Assembly (NCBI RefSeq): GCF_001652585.1
Contig: NZ_LWLG01000002.1
Coordinates: forward strand, 120,001 to 152,000
Length of the DNA stretch: 32,000 nucleotides
Direction of reading: 5' to 3'
Origin: Thermosulfurimonas dismutans
GTDB lineage: Bacteria > Desulfobacterota > Thermodesulfobacteria > Thermodesulfobacteriales > Thermodesulfobacteriaceae
Part shown: in pieces, positions 1 through 8,851 of the stretch
How positions within the stretch are numbered: the stretch's first letter is position 1
How the letters are laid out: every line of letters begins with the position of its first letter
Position numbers and translations under genes: made by a program
The notes under the pieces: generated by a model
Told to the model about the DNA's origin: nothing
The model's input: the letters and a program-made list of their open reading frames with translations, nothing else
Database searches by the model: none

Positions 1-806
1 GGATACATGTGACCGGGAATATTACTATAGAAGGCGGTGAACAACTCACAAGCAAAGAGAAAGATATTGGCAAGCAGAGCATAGGTAATAATTTTACTCA
101 GGGTATCAATAGCCTTTTGACCGGGATCGAACTTAGAAACCTTCTTCACAATAAGAAGGGCTAGCAGAAGGAGAGCCGGCCCAGAACAGAAGGCCGAAGC
201 CAAAAATCGAGGTGCCATCACCGCTGTAAGCCAGAAGTGACGTCCAGGCAAACCGGCGTAAAGGAAGGCCGTTACCGTATGAATACTAAAGGCCCAAGGA
301 ATGGAAAGATAAATAAAGGGTTTAACCCAGTTGGGATATTTGGTTCCTTTATATTCCCCATGTAGAGCCGCCCAGCCGCAAATCACATTTAAAGCCAAAT
401 AGCCATTCAGAACAATCATGTCGTAAAAGAGCATAGAATTAGGAGTAGGATGCAGAAGAACGTTGAATAACCGGGGAGTTTGTCCGATATCCACTATAAT
501 AAAAAGCAAACACATAATGACCGCGGCTATAGCCAGAAATTCTCCAAAAATTGTCAAAGGACCGAAAACTTTATGATTATGAAGATAATAGGGAAGAACC
601 ACCATCACTCCCGAGGCTGCCACTCCCACCAAGAAGGTAAACTGAGCTACATAAAAGCCCCAGGAGACGTCCCGGCTCATACCGGTAATTCCCAAGCCGT
701 ATTGAAGCTGCGCCAAAAAGGCCAAAAACCCTATCAAGATCAAAGTCCCTAGAAAGCCTAACCACAACCAGTATTTTCGACTCCCTTTTAAGGCCTTCTC
801 AAACAT
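1..806 (-). CDS. dsrP: DsrP, NrfD/PsrC-type integral-membrane quinone-interacting subunit of the DsrMKJOP complex (N-terminal ~268 codons; gene runs off the left edge)
   Basis: Absent from the ORF track because no stop lies in the window. Hand translation of the minus strand from ATG 806-804 is open to position 1: [84 protein letters not shown]... It is polytopic with a NrfD-family WGxY..F.F.VG.AA signature, has SD-like GAGGGGTGAGG upstream, and follows dsrO as expected. Confidence 0.85.
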   Translation of the reverse strand, partial: MFEKALKGSRKYWLWLGFLGTLILIGFLAFLAQLQYGLGITGMSRDVSWGFYVAQFTFLVGVAASGVMVVLPYYLHNHKVFGPLTIFGEFLAIAAVIMCLLFIIVDIGQTPRLFNVLLHPTPNSMLFYDMIVLNGYLALNVICGWAALHGEYKGTKYPNWVKPFIYLSIPWAFSIHTVTAFLYAGLPGRHFWLTAVMAPRFLASAFCSGPALLLLALLIVKKVSKFDPGQKAIDTLSKIITYALLANIFLFACELFTAFYSNIPGHMY

Positions 807-833
807 ACCTCACCCCTCACCTTAAAAGTTTTT

Positions 834-1601
834 TTAACCTATGAGATAAAATATCGAGGGCTCCGTACCCAGTTCCGCTTTTCTCCGAATAGAAAAGCGT
901 TCCTTCAGAATCCGTGAGATCTCGGAGTTTTCGTCCTCAAGGTCACCAAAAATTAGAGCTTTATGTTTACAGGCCTCCACACAGGCTGGAAGTTGCCCTT
1001 TCTCTAACCGCTCATAACAAAAGAGACACTTTTCTACTACACCCTTCATCCGGGTAGGAAATTCTGGATTAAATTCCTGAATGTACGGTCTGGGATCCAC
1101 CCAATTAAAACTACGAGCTCCGAAAGGACAGGCTGCCATACAGAACCGGCAACCGATACAACGGTGAAAGTCCATCATTACAATGCCATCCTCTCGCTTG
1201 AAGGTAGCCTTGGTAGGACAAACCCTCACACACGGAGGATGCTTACAGTGATTGCACAACAGGATAAAAGGCTTATGTTCAAAGACAATATTATTGAATT
1301 CATTGGGTTGCTCTGGAAAGACGTGTTCGAATTCATCTTTCCATATCCATTTTATCTCTTTCTTCTTTTCCGGAATCTCCGGAACATTATGGGCCGCGTG
1401 GCAGGCCTTTATACAATCGTTACATTCTGGATGCTCCCAACACTTTTTCATATCTATAGCCATACCCCAGCGCCTAGCCGTAAGAGCCCCTGGAGGAGGT
1501 GTATAGCTACGGGCCTTTACCTCGCGCAGGAGAAAACTAGGAACTCCCCCTGCAACCGCGGCCGAAATACCCGCCAGTTTAAGAAATTTCCTCCTTTTCA
1601 T
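834..1601 (-). CDS. dsrO: DsrO, periplasmic 4x[4Fe-4S] ferredoxin-like subunit (Tat-exported)
   Basis: Twin-arginine signal MKRRKFLKLAGISAAVAGG. Multiple CxxCxxCxxxCP clusters (CIGCRFCMAACP, CNHCKHPPCVRVCP, CLFCYERL...CVEAC). TAATG one-base overlap with dsrJ. Confidence 0.9.
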   Translation of the reverse strand: MKRRKFLKLAGISAAVAGGVPSFLLREVKARSYTPPPGALTARRWGMAIDMKKCWEHPECNDCIKACHAAHNVPEIPEKKKEIKWIWKDEFEHVFPEQPNEFNNIVFEHKPFILLCNHCKHPPCVRVCPTKATFKREDGIVMMDFHRCIGCRFCMAACPFGARSFNWVDPRPYIQEFNPEFPTRMKGVVEKCLFCYERLEKGQLPACVEACKHKALIFGDLEDENSEISRILKERFSIRRKAELGTEPSIFYLIG

Positions 1602-2098
1602 TAGTGCTCTCCTCCCTTATCAATTTCTCCATGTCCTCCATGTTCCCCATGCTTAGGCTTGGCTCCCTCACGAAGATCCACCGGAATCCTGAAGAGCTTG
1701 AGCAAACGGGTAGCCTTCGCAGTCCCGAACTCTTTAGTCTCTGGAGGAATATGACAGTTCCAACAATACGGTTTAACCGAAGCGAAATCGTGACATTTAT
1801 CACAAAATTGCTGCTTATTATGATGGCACTTCATGCATCCATTTTGCAAACCTATCCAAAACCGACTGCCATCCGAGGAAGTATAAATCCTCATTCCCTC
1901 TCGAATAGCCAACACACGCCATTCTTTGAGAAGCTGCATATGATTGGCTCGCATAAATTCCTTGGATTCCACGCAACGTCCCTCGGGCAGAATCGGCTTA
2001 GGGGCCGAGACCGCCTTCCCATGATTTAACCAAATAGGAAAGGTAACAATCAGAACAAAAATGATGATTCCCGGAATGACCTTATTGCTGTTATACAT
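1601..2098 (-). CDS. dsrJ: DsrJ, periplasmic triheme cytochrome c
   Basis: Three CxxCH haem-c motifs (CMKCH, CDKCH, CWNCH). N-terminal membrane anchor/signal IPGIIIFVLIVTFPIWL. 8-nt overlap with dsrK. Confidence 0.9.
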   Translation of the reverse strand: MYNSNKVIPGIIIFVLIVTFPIWLNHGKAVSAPKPILPEGRCVESKEFMRANHMQLLKEWRVLAIREGMRIYTSSDGSRFWIGLQNGCMKCHHNKQQFCDKCHDFASVKPYCWNCHIPPETKEFGTAKATRLLKLFRIPVDLREGAKPKHGEHGGHGEIDKGGEH

Positions 2099-3713
2099 TT
2101 TCCTCCTCCTCTACCCCTTTTAAAGGCTGAAAGCGGAGATCTGTAGTCCTCTTCTTTTCTCCGGGGATAACCAGGGCATTACCCACCAGTTCATGGACTC
2201 CACACACTTGGACCTCAGGCACCCAATAGTTCATAAGAGGCGGCAAAACGGCTCGGTCGATGGCGCAGATACATGCCAGCATATTGACTCCATACTTTTC
2301 GTGGACATATTCCACGGCATTGGCTCTAGGAAAGCCTCCCCGCATACGTATTTCCATATATTCATCGGTGTTAAGTCCGGAACCGCTTCCACAACAGAAG
2401 GTCTTCTCTCTGATGGTATTTTCAGGCATTTCATAGAAGTTATTAACTACGTGCCTGAGAATGAAACGAGGCTCTTCAAAGATACCCATTCCTCTGGAGG
2501 TGTTACAGGAATCGTGGAAGGTCACTACGTAATTGTCATTACGGCTGGGATCAAGCTGGAGCTTCCCGTGCGCTATCAGATCCGCTGTAAATTCGCAAAT
2601 ATGGACGATCTTAGTGCTTTTAGCATGTTCAAATACGGTTCCCGTAATAGGAGACTTGGGCACTTCCAGATTGGAAGGCGCCGGACCACACATAGTGTCC
2701 TCATACTGGTGAACTACCCGCCACATGTGTCCGCATTCACCACCCAGTATCCACTTAACCTTGAGTCGTTCAGCCTCGTGATAGATCTTGGCATGGAGTT
2801 TTCGCATCATTTCGTGAGTGGTAAAGAAACCAAAGTTTCCACCTTCAGAGGCGTAAGTGCTTATGGTGTAATCAAGGCCTAAATAGTGGAATAGTAATAC
2901 ATAACCCATAAAGGTATAAATTCCCGGCTCCGCAAAGAAGTCCGCCGAAGGCGTTACAAAAAGGATTTCAGCGCCTTTTTTATTGATGGGTACCTCTATT
3001 TTAAGGCCGGTTATTTCTTCAATATCCATCAGGAGAAACTCGATGTTCTCCTGGATGGTATGCGGCTGGAGACCGATATGATTACCTATAAAGGCAGAGT
3101 TTCTTACGGGCTCAAGGATCCAGTTGATATTTACGCCAATCTCGTGCAAGATCTCACGAGCCAGAATGGTAATTTCGGCGGTATCGATACCATAAGGGCA
3201 AAAGACAGAACAGCGCCGACACTCCGTACACTGATAGTAATAATAAAACCACTCTTTTATCACATCTTCCGTAAGCTTCCGGGCCCCTGCTAGACGGCCA
3301 AAGAGCTTACCACTACGAGTAAATTCACCTTTAACGACCGAACGCAAAAGCTCGGCCCGAAGCACAGGCATATTTTTGGGATCTCCTGTCCCCAAAAAGA
3401 AATGGCACTTGTCGGCGCAGGCTCCGCACCGCACACAAATATCCATAAAGAGCTTAAAGGAACGAAACCGCTCCGCTCGATCTTTAATGGCGTTAAGGAC
3501 TATCTCCTTCCAATTGGGAGGAAGCTTCCAATCCTCGTCGTGAGGTTGCCATTCACGAGGAAAGGGAAGCCCCAATTCCTCCACCACCGAGGGCTTACCA
3601 GCATAGCAGTAAGCCCCTGGCCGAAACTCCGGCTTGGTATCCATCCAATGTTTAGCCGGCATCCGATCATAATTTACGTCCCTCAAAAGCTCATCCGGTT
3701 TAGGTAGCGCCAT
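2091..3713 (-). CDS. dsrK: DsrK, cytoplasmic HdrD-like catalytic Fe-S subunit (CCG domain)
   Basis: Two ferredoxin-type motifs (CVRCGACADKC, CTECRRCSVFCP) plus the CCG-domain signature FCCGSGSG. 540 aa, between dsrM and dsrJ. Confidence 0.92.
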   Translation of the reverse strand: MALPKPDELLRDVNYDRMPAKHWMDTKPEFRPGAYCYAGKPSVVEELGLPFPREWQPHDEDWKLPPNWKEIVLNAIKDRAERFRSFKLFMDICVRCGACADKCHFFLGTGDPKNMPVLRAELLRSVVKGEFTRSGKLFGRLAGARKLTEDVIKEWFYYYYQCTECRRCSVFCPYGIDTAEITILAREILHEIGVNINWILEPVRNSAFIGNHIGLQPHTIQENIEFLLMDIEEITGLKIEVPINKKGAEILFVTPSADFFAEPGIYTFMGYVLLFHYLGLDYTISTYASEGGNFGFFTTHEMMRKLHAKIYHEAERLKVKWILGGECGHMWRVVHQYEDTMCGPAPSNLEVPKSPITGTVFEHAKSTKIVHICEFTADLIAHGKLQLDPSRNDNYVVTFHDSCNTSRGMGIFEEPRFILRHVVNNFYEMPENTIREKTFCCGSGSGLNTDEYMEIRMRGGFPRANAVEYVHEKYGVNMLACICAIDRAVLPPLMNYWVPEVQVCGVHELVGNALVIPGEKKRTTDLRFQPLKGVEEEENV

Positions 3714-3728
3714 AATCCTTACCCCTCT

Positions 3729-4748
3729 TTAGGATTCTTTCTTTTCTTTATAACAATCCTCGTCTATAGGCTGACCGGCAGATTCAAGCTGTTCCTTGAA
3801 CTTCTCCTGCCATTCACAATAGGTGAGGAACTTAGGCGGTACATTCTCCCACCAGGGGTTAATGTGTCGTACCCGACGGTTGTCGTTGGGAAGATTACGA
3901 GTAGGGCTAAAGAAGACCCCTACCATATGCACTAGTTTGCTAAAAGGAAAATAAGCCACCAATACGCTGATAAAAAAGACGTGCACATAGAAGATGAGCC
4001 CAATCCCCGTGGGTACTTTAGGATGCAAGGTAACCAGGCCCATCGTAAGCTCTTTCACGGACGTGATATCCACACGGAAGAAATAACGCATAAGCATTCC
4101 GGAAATAACTAGACCAAAGATCAAGAAAAGAGGGAAATAATCCGAAGCATGGGAGATGTAATTTACTTTAGCGTCCACTAACCGCCGCAGGAGTAAAAAG
4201 GTAAGTCCAGCCAAAATCGCCACATCCGTCAGGTAAAGATGGGGCAAACCGATATGGAAAAAGCTATCCACCTTGTCTAGGAGGTCAATGGGACCGGGCA
4301 CGGGATATGAAAAAAGTCGCAGATGCCGCACCAGAATGATAAAAAAGGACCAGTGAAAGAGAATAGCCCCCAACCAAAGCCACTTACTAGAACCATAATA
4401 GAGCTTACGACCCCGCAGATCAGCCCTCAAATTCCGGAAAAGGGACCTGAAGGCCAACACCTCAAGGGCCATCCTCAAGAACACCTCGAAGTTAGTAGCC
4501 GGGCTTTCCAGACGGCTATGCCGAATCCAGGGGAGACTTTTCTGCTGCCCACAAGTAGTAGTGATCTTGAACGGCACCGGCGACTTAGCCCAGTTCACCA
4601 TGCGATAAACCAAACCGATGAGGAAGGTCAAAAAGGCCGCGTAAGGAATCACGACCCCGAAGAGGGTATACAACTTCAGGACCCCAACCCCTAACCAAAC
4701 CAGAATTACCATTCCAATTACGGCTATCAAAGCGGCTACCACATTCAT
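3729..4748 (-). CDS. dsrM: DsrM, NarI/HdrE-like dihaem-b membrane subunit
   Basis: Polytopic membrane protein and first gene of the dsrMKJOP order. I prefer ATG at 4748 (MNVVAALIAV...) over the track's TTG at 4757, because the G-rich SD-like tract sits directly upstream. Confidence 0.88.
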   Translation of the reverse strand: MNVVAALIAVIGMVILVWLGVGVLKLYTLFGVVIPYAAFLTFLIGLVYRMVNWAKSPVPFKITTTCGQQKSLPWIRHSRLESPATNFEVFLRMALEVLAFRSLFRNLRADLRGRKLYYGSSKWLWLGAILFHWSFFIILVRHLRLFSYPVPGPIDLLDKVDSFFHIGLPHLYLTDVAILAGLTFLLLRRLVDAKVNYISHASDYFPLFLIFGLVISGMLMRYFFRVDITSVKELTMGLVTLHPKVPTGIGLIFYVHVFFISVLVAYFPFSKLVHMVGVFFSPTRNLPNDNRRVRHINPWWENVPPKFLTYCEWQEKFKEQLESAGQPIDEDCYKEKKES

Positions 4749-4760
4749 AGACCCCAACCC

Positions 4761-5321
4761 CTAAAGTGTTTTTTCATTATGGTGAGCCTCCCTAGGGAGG
4801 CTACCTTCCCTCTCATCGTAGATATAGCCCGCTCGTTTGAGAAGCAAAAACAACCTACTCTTCCACTCCTGAAACTTGAGCTCGTTAAGCTTTTCTCGGG
4901 CGGCCATATATTGATTGAAGGCTCGCAAAATCACGGCGTCTATGTGATCTTCCACCTCAAGCAAACCTTCGGGACCATATTCCTCAAGAATCCTTTCACC
5001 TACAACCTCACGAAACACCGATTTTAAGTAGTACAGAAACGATAAGGCCTCCGAAGGACGTGAACTTTGAACAGCCTGAATCTTTAAGATCCTCTCTAAG
5101 TAATAATCTACTTTTTCCCATGAAAACTCTTCTGTGAATTGAGAAAGAAGCCCTTTGAGTCCTTCCTCCAAACGATACCCCAAAGGGTTTTCGAAGCGTT
5201 CTGTTTCTTTTTTCAAAAATCTAACTGTTTCTTCCGGAAAAAGACTATAGACCTTATCCCGCCAGAGCTTGAAGATCTCGCTTTTCTTTTCCTTTAAAAG
5301 TTCTTTAGCTCTCATAGACAT
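4761..5321 (-). CDS. RsbRD_N-like (non-haem globin-type sensor domain) protein, function unknown
   Basis: Motifs as I recall them for the RsbRD N-terminal domain family: W..KVY..FPEET..FLKKE..RFENPLG and ILKIQAVQSSRPSEALSFLYYLKSVFRE. ATG at 5321 (MSMRAKELL) preceded by AAAGGG is preferred over TTG at 5360. The stop lies 12 nt before the dsrM ATG. Confidence 0.6.
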   Translation of the reverse strand: MSMRAKELLKEKKSEIFKLWRDKVYSLFPEETVRFLKKETERFENPLGYRLEEGLKGLLSQFTEEFSWEKVDYYLERILKIQAVQSSRPSEALSFLYYLKSVFREVVGERILEEYGPEGLLEVEDHIDAVILRAFNQYMAAREKLNELKFQEWKSRLFLLLKRAGYIYDEREGSLPREAHHNEKTL

Positions 5322-5453
5322 GACTGCCCTTTTTAAAACTAAAAACTCCCTAAATGTCAAGGTTATCAGGATAAAAAGAGAGGAGAAGAGAAGCTTTTTA
5401 GCTTTTTGTATAAGCTAGATTCTTACGTTTTTAAAACTTTTGAACCTCTTACT

Positions 5454-6536
5454 TCAATTTCTAAAAAGACTTCCCAAGCGTTTAAGGGCTGAGAGCTTAT
5501 CGTTAAGGCCAACCCTAGCCCGGGAGAGAGCCTCTTCTAAAAAGGCTATGCTTTCGTCATAGGTCCGGCGATCGACCGGGAAGGGATGGCCGTCCTTTCC
5601 ACCATGAGCGAAGGCGAAACGGGCCGGATCTTCACGGGAGGCCTGGAGGTCATAGATCAACTCCGAAACCAGGGTCAAGGCCCTGAGATTCCGGGGCCCA
5701 AGACCTCGAATCTTTAAGACCTCCTTGAAATTCGCCGGTGGATTTTCATAGGCCGAAATCAACACTCTATCGAGTCCTCGGGGTAAAAGGTCTCTTTCCG
5801 AAAGGCTGTGCCTACGAGGGAGCTCGTACTTCACCTTTTCGATTTCCTTGAAGAGCCTATCCGGCGATTGCTTTAATAGATTGCAAATGGCCTCTCTCAC
5901 CGAGCGGCTGGTAGTAGCTGTGAGGTCAAGGACCTCGTTTTCCGTTTTCACCGTGGCTATGCCACTGTGAGGTTCCTCCACCATATCCTTCACTTTTTCT
6001 CCTAGCCAGTGATACCTTCGGGCATAGGAAGTAACCTCGTTCATACCCTGCTGAACCACGGTCCAGTAACCATCGACCGTAAAAATAAAAGTATGATGAT
6101 AAAGGGTGTAGCCGTCCTGAAGGGCGGTGTTATCCACCTTGGCCGAAAGTCTGGATATTTCCGGAAAGTCCTTGAAGCTTTCTGGAAGACCGAAGCGTTC
6201 AGCATAGGTCAGGATTTCCTCCGGAGTCCTGAGACTGGCTCTACCCTTCCCTCCACAGATAAAGATTCCGGCCTCCGAAGCCAGAGGGCTAAGGGCTTCC
6301 TTCAAAGCCCCACAGACGGTGGTGGTAAGGCCCGAAGAGTGCCAATCAAAGCCCAGCACACAACCCAAAGCCTGGAACCAGAAGGGGTCCGCTAGCCGAC
6401 GTAGGAACTCTCGGCGGCCGTATTCTTCAAGGATTACTAGAGATATAGCCCGGCAGAGACGCACCATCCGGTTGAAAAGCCAACGCGGGGCACGTCCGCC
6501 GTGGAGGGGAAGATCCGCCACTCCGGTTCGCTTCAT
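5454..6536 (-). CDS. DUF763-family protein (uncharacterised), with a C-terminal helix-hairpin-helix-like motif
   Basis: N-terminus ADLPLHGGRAPRWLFNRM and FDWHSSGLTTT match my memory of DUF763. VLKIRGLGPRNLRALTLV resembles an HhH motif. ATGA start/stop overlap with pyrF. Confidence 0.6.
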   Translation of the reverse strand: MKRTGVADLPLHGGRAPRWLFNRMVRLCRAISLVILEEYGRREFLRRLADPFWFQALGCVLGFDWHSSGLTTTVCGALKEALSPLASEAGIFICGGKGRASLRTPEEILTYAERFGLPESFKDFPEISRLSAKVDNTALQDGYTLYHHTFIFTVDGYWTVVQQGMNEVTSYARRYHWLGEKVKDMVEEPHSGIATVKTENEVLDLTATTSRSVREAICNLLKQSPDRLFKEIEKVKYELPRRHSLSERDLLPRGLDRVLISAYENPPANFKEVLKIRGLGPRNLRALTLVSELIYDLQASREDPARFAFAHGGKDGHPFPVDRRTYDESIAFLEEALSRARVGLNDKLSALKRLGSLFRN

Positions 6537-7264
6537 GCCTTATCTGCCAAAGCCTGAGCCATCTCTTCAAGGATTCTTTCCGCGGCCTCACGAGGATCGG
6601 TGGCTTCCCTTATAGGACGTCCAACCACTAGATAATCTGCCCCGGAAAGAAGGGCCTCTCTGGGAGAGGCTATCCGTTTCTGGTCATCGGCAGAAGAAGC
6701 CATCCACTCCGGCCTTACTCCTGGAACCACCGTCACGAGATGCGGAAAGGCCTCTTTGATTTGGGCTACTTCCTTGGCCGAACAGACCACCCCATGAACT
6801 CCACAACGGTAAGCCAAATTCGCAAGCCTTAAGGCTGCTTCCCGGATATCTCTTGATAGTTCCGGGGAATAGCCCACCTCCATGAGGTCGGCCCGAGAGA
6901 GAGAGGTCAAAATAGTTACAGCGAGAATCTTGAGACCACCCTCGGCAGCCCGGGCGGCTTCCCTCACAGCCCATCTTCCGGAAAACATGTGTACCGTAAG
7001 CATGTCCACCCCGAGCCTTGAGGCTGACCTCACAGCTCCGGCCACGGTAGCCGGAATGTCGTTCAATTTCAGATCCAGAAAGATGTCTGCCCCGGACTCC
7101 TCCCTTACCATTTCCACCGCCGAGGGCCCGGCGGCCGTAAAGAGTTCAAGTCCGATCTTAAAGACCCCTACCAAGCCCTTAAGTCTCTTCACCCAGCGCC
7201 TGGCCTCTGAAAGATCCGAAACGTCCAAAGGAAATATCAATCTATTTACGGCCTTTTCCCGCAC
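6533..7264 (-). CDS. pyrF: Orotidine 5'-phosphate decarboxylase
   Basis: [15 protein letters not shown] and [11 protein letters not shown] active-site motifs; 243 aa. Confidence 0.92.
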   Translation of the reverse strand: MREKAVNRLIFPLDVSDLSEARRWVKRLKGLVGVFKIGLELFTAAGPSAVEMVREESGADIFLDLKLNDIPATVAGAVRSASRLGVDMLTVHMFSGRWAVREAARAAEGGLKILAVTILTSLSRADLMEVGYSPELSRDIREAALRLANLAYRCGVHGVVCSAKEVAQIKEAFPHLVTVVPGVRPEWMASSADDQKRIASPREALLSGADYLVVGRPIREATDPREAAERILEEMAQALADKA

Positions 7265-7721
7265 GGCTCTTACCTTTGAGAAGATGTTTTACCTGCTCGA
7301 TAAATTCATTGACATCCTGAAACTCCCGGTAAACCGAAGCAAATCGCACGTAGGCCACCTCATCCCACTCCCTGAGCTTTTCCATGACCCGTTCCCCTAT
7401 ATAGGTGGATGGCACCTCCTTATCGCCGCTTTCAAAAAGTTCCCTTTCAAGCTGACTTACGAAATTCTCTATATCCTCCTCACTTACCGGACGCTTGTGG
7501 CAGGCCTTTCGGATTCCGGAGATGACCTTCTCCCGGGAGAAAGGTTCTCGCCGTCCGTCCTTTTTTATTACTTGAGGGAGGCTCAACTCAAGCCTTTCAT
7601 AAGTGGTAAAGCGAAAACCGCAGAGGGCGCACTCCCTACGTCTTCTGATAACAAAACCCTCGCCAGTAGACCTGGAATCCACCACCCGGGTTTCCTCATG
7701 TTGACAGGAAGGACAGCGCAA
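7242..7721 (-). CDS. nrdR: Transcriptional repressor NrdR (Zn-ribbon + ATP-cone)
   Basis: [17 protein letters not shown]...[12 protein letters not shown] zinc ribbon followed by an ATP-cone; 159 aa. Confidence 0.93.
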   Translation of the reverse strand: MRCPSCQHEETRVVDSRSTGEGFVIRRRRECALCGFRFTTYERLELSLPQVIKKDGRREPFSREKVISGIRKACHKRPVSEEDIENFVSQLERELFESGDKEVPSTYIGERVMEKLREWDEVAYVRFASVYREFQDVNEFIEQVKHLLKGKSRAGKGRK

Positions 7722-7732
7722 AAGGGTACTCC

Positions 7733-8800
7733 TTAATGATGGATCATGTTTCTAAGTTCTTCAAACTTCCTCCTGGCCTCAGGACTAAGTTCGGTCGGCA
7801 CAGTGATCTGGACCTCTACATAGAGATCTCCCCGAGTACCATCAGGTTTATAGAGGCCTTGGCCCTTGAGCCTAAACTTCTGTCCGCTTTGGGTTCCAGG
7901 AGGAATCTTCAACTTTACCCTTCCCGTAAGGGTGGGCACTATTATCTCTCCCCCGAGCACGGCTGTAAAGAGGTCCACCGGTTGCTTGAGATAGAGGTCG
8001 TAATTTCGCCTTTCAAACCTAGAATCTGGCCTTACCCGGATCTCAAGATAGAGATCTCCCGGAGGACCTCCCCTTATTCCCGGCCGCCCCTTACCGGGGA
8101 TGCGGATGCGGGTACCCTCATCGGTACCCGGAGGCAAAGTCACCGTTATGGTTTCGGTTCGAGATACGGTTCCCCGGCCCCCGCAGGTCTTGCAGCGTTC
8201 TCGGTAGCTCCGACCGAATCCTCCGCAGACCGGACAGACCTCTATGATCCTCACCGGCCCCTTGCGCATCTCCCGGCGGCCCCGGCCCCCGCAAGACCGA
8301 CATTCAGTGTAAGAAGTCAAATCCCACCCCTGACCGTGACAGGCCGGGCATGGTTCCTCCATAGGAATCTCAAACCGTAAGGGCTTTCCAGAAACTAAGT
8401 CCGCAAGGTCCACTTCCACCTGATAAAGAATGTCCGCCCCGGCCTTGGGACCATCCTCTCTATCGTAACCGAAGAGATCCGCGAAGAGATCAGTAAATCT
8501 CCCGAAAGTATCGAATTGCTCCATAAAAAGACCAAAATCGTAGGCCGATTCTCCTCCCGGGGTGGTAAACCGATAGGCCCGGGCTGCTTCCCGTAAGCGA
8601 TCGTACTCCGCCCTCTTTTGGGGATCGGAAAGTATTTCGTAGGCCTCGTTTATTTCCTTAAACCGCTCTTCGGCCTTCTTGTCTCCGGGATGCAGATCTG
8701 GATGATACTTGCGGGCCAGCCGACGATAGGCCCGTTTGATTTCCTCCTCGCTGGCGTCTGGGCTTACCCCCAAAATCTCGTAAAGGTCCTTCTTTACCAT
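7733..8800 (-). CDS. dnaJ: DnaJ-type co-chaperone (J domain, G/F region, four CxxCxGxG zinc-finger repeats)
   Basis: DLYEILGV...YHPDLHP J domain. [32 protein letters not shown]. No dnaK/grpE adjacent. Confidence 0.88.
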   Translation of the reverse strand: MVKKDLYEILGVSPDASEEEIKRAYRRLARKYHPDLHPGDKKAEERFKEINEAYEILSDPQKRAEYDRLREAARAYRFTTPGGESAYDFGLFMEQFDTFGRFTDLFADLFGYDREDGPKAGADILYQVEVDLADLVSGKPLRFEIPMEEPCPACHGQGWDLTSYTECRSCGGRGRREMRKGPVRIIEVCPVCGGFGRSYRERCKTCGGRGTVSRTETITVTLPPGTDEGTRIRIPGKGRPGIRGGPPGDLYLEIRVRPDSRFERRNYDLYLKQPVDLFTAVLGGEIIVPTLTGRVKLKIPPGTQSGQKFRLKGQGLYKPDGTRGDLYVEVQITVPTELSPEARRKFEELRNMIHH

Positions 8801-8851
8801 GGAAACTTTCCCCGGTAGAATTTTTCAAATCCCTTTTGGAAGATAAATCTC

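Noticed and set aside
480-765. Track ORFs 480-752 (+) and 577-765 (-)
   Set aside because: Both fall inside the dsrP coding region in the wrong frame or strand. The dsrP frame gives a coherent NrfD-type membrane protein across 1-806.
6882-7736. 284-aa plus-strand ORF, along with the similar long antisense ORFs at 7736-8380, 9807-10478, 12950-13435, 16547-17587, 19218-19763, 20079-20609 and 23001-23516
   Set aside because: All lie antisense to strongly supported genes (pyrF/nrdR, dnaJ, xseA/M23, dxs, porin, EF-G paralogue, creatininase), and some span two of them. Their composition is low-complexity Ser/Arg/Pro/Gly-rich, they contain no recognisable motifs and they lack SD sequences. This is typical shadow-ORF behaviour.
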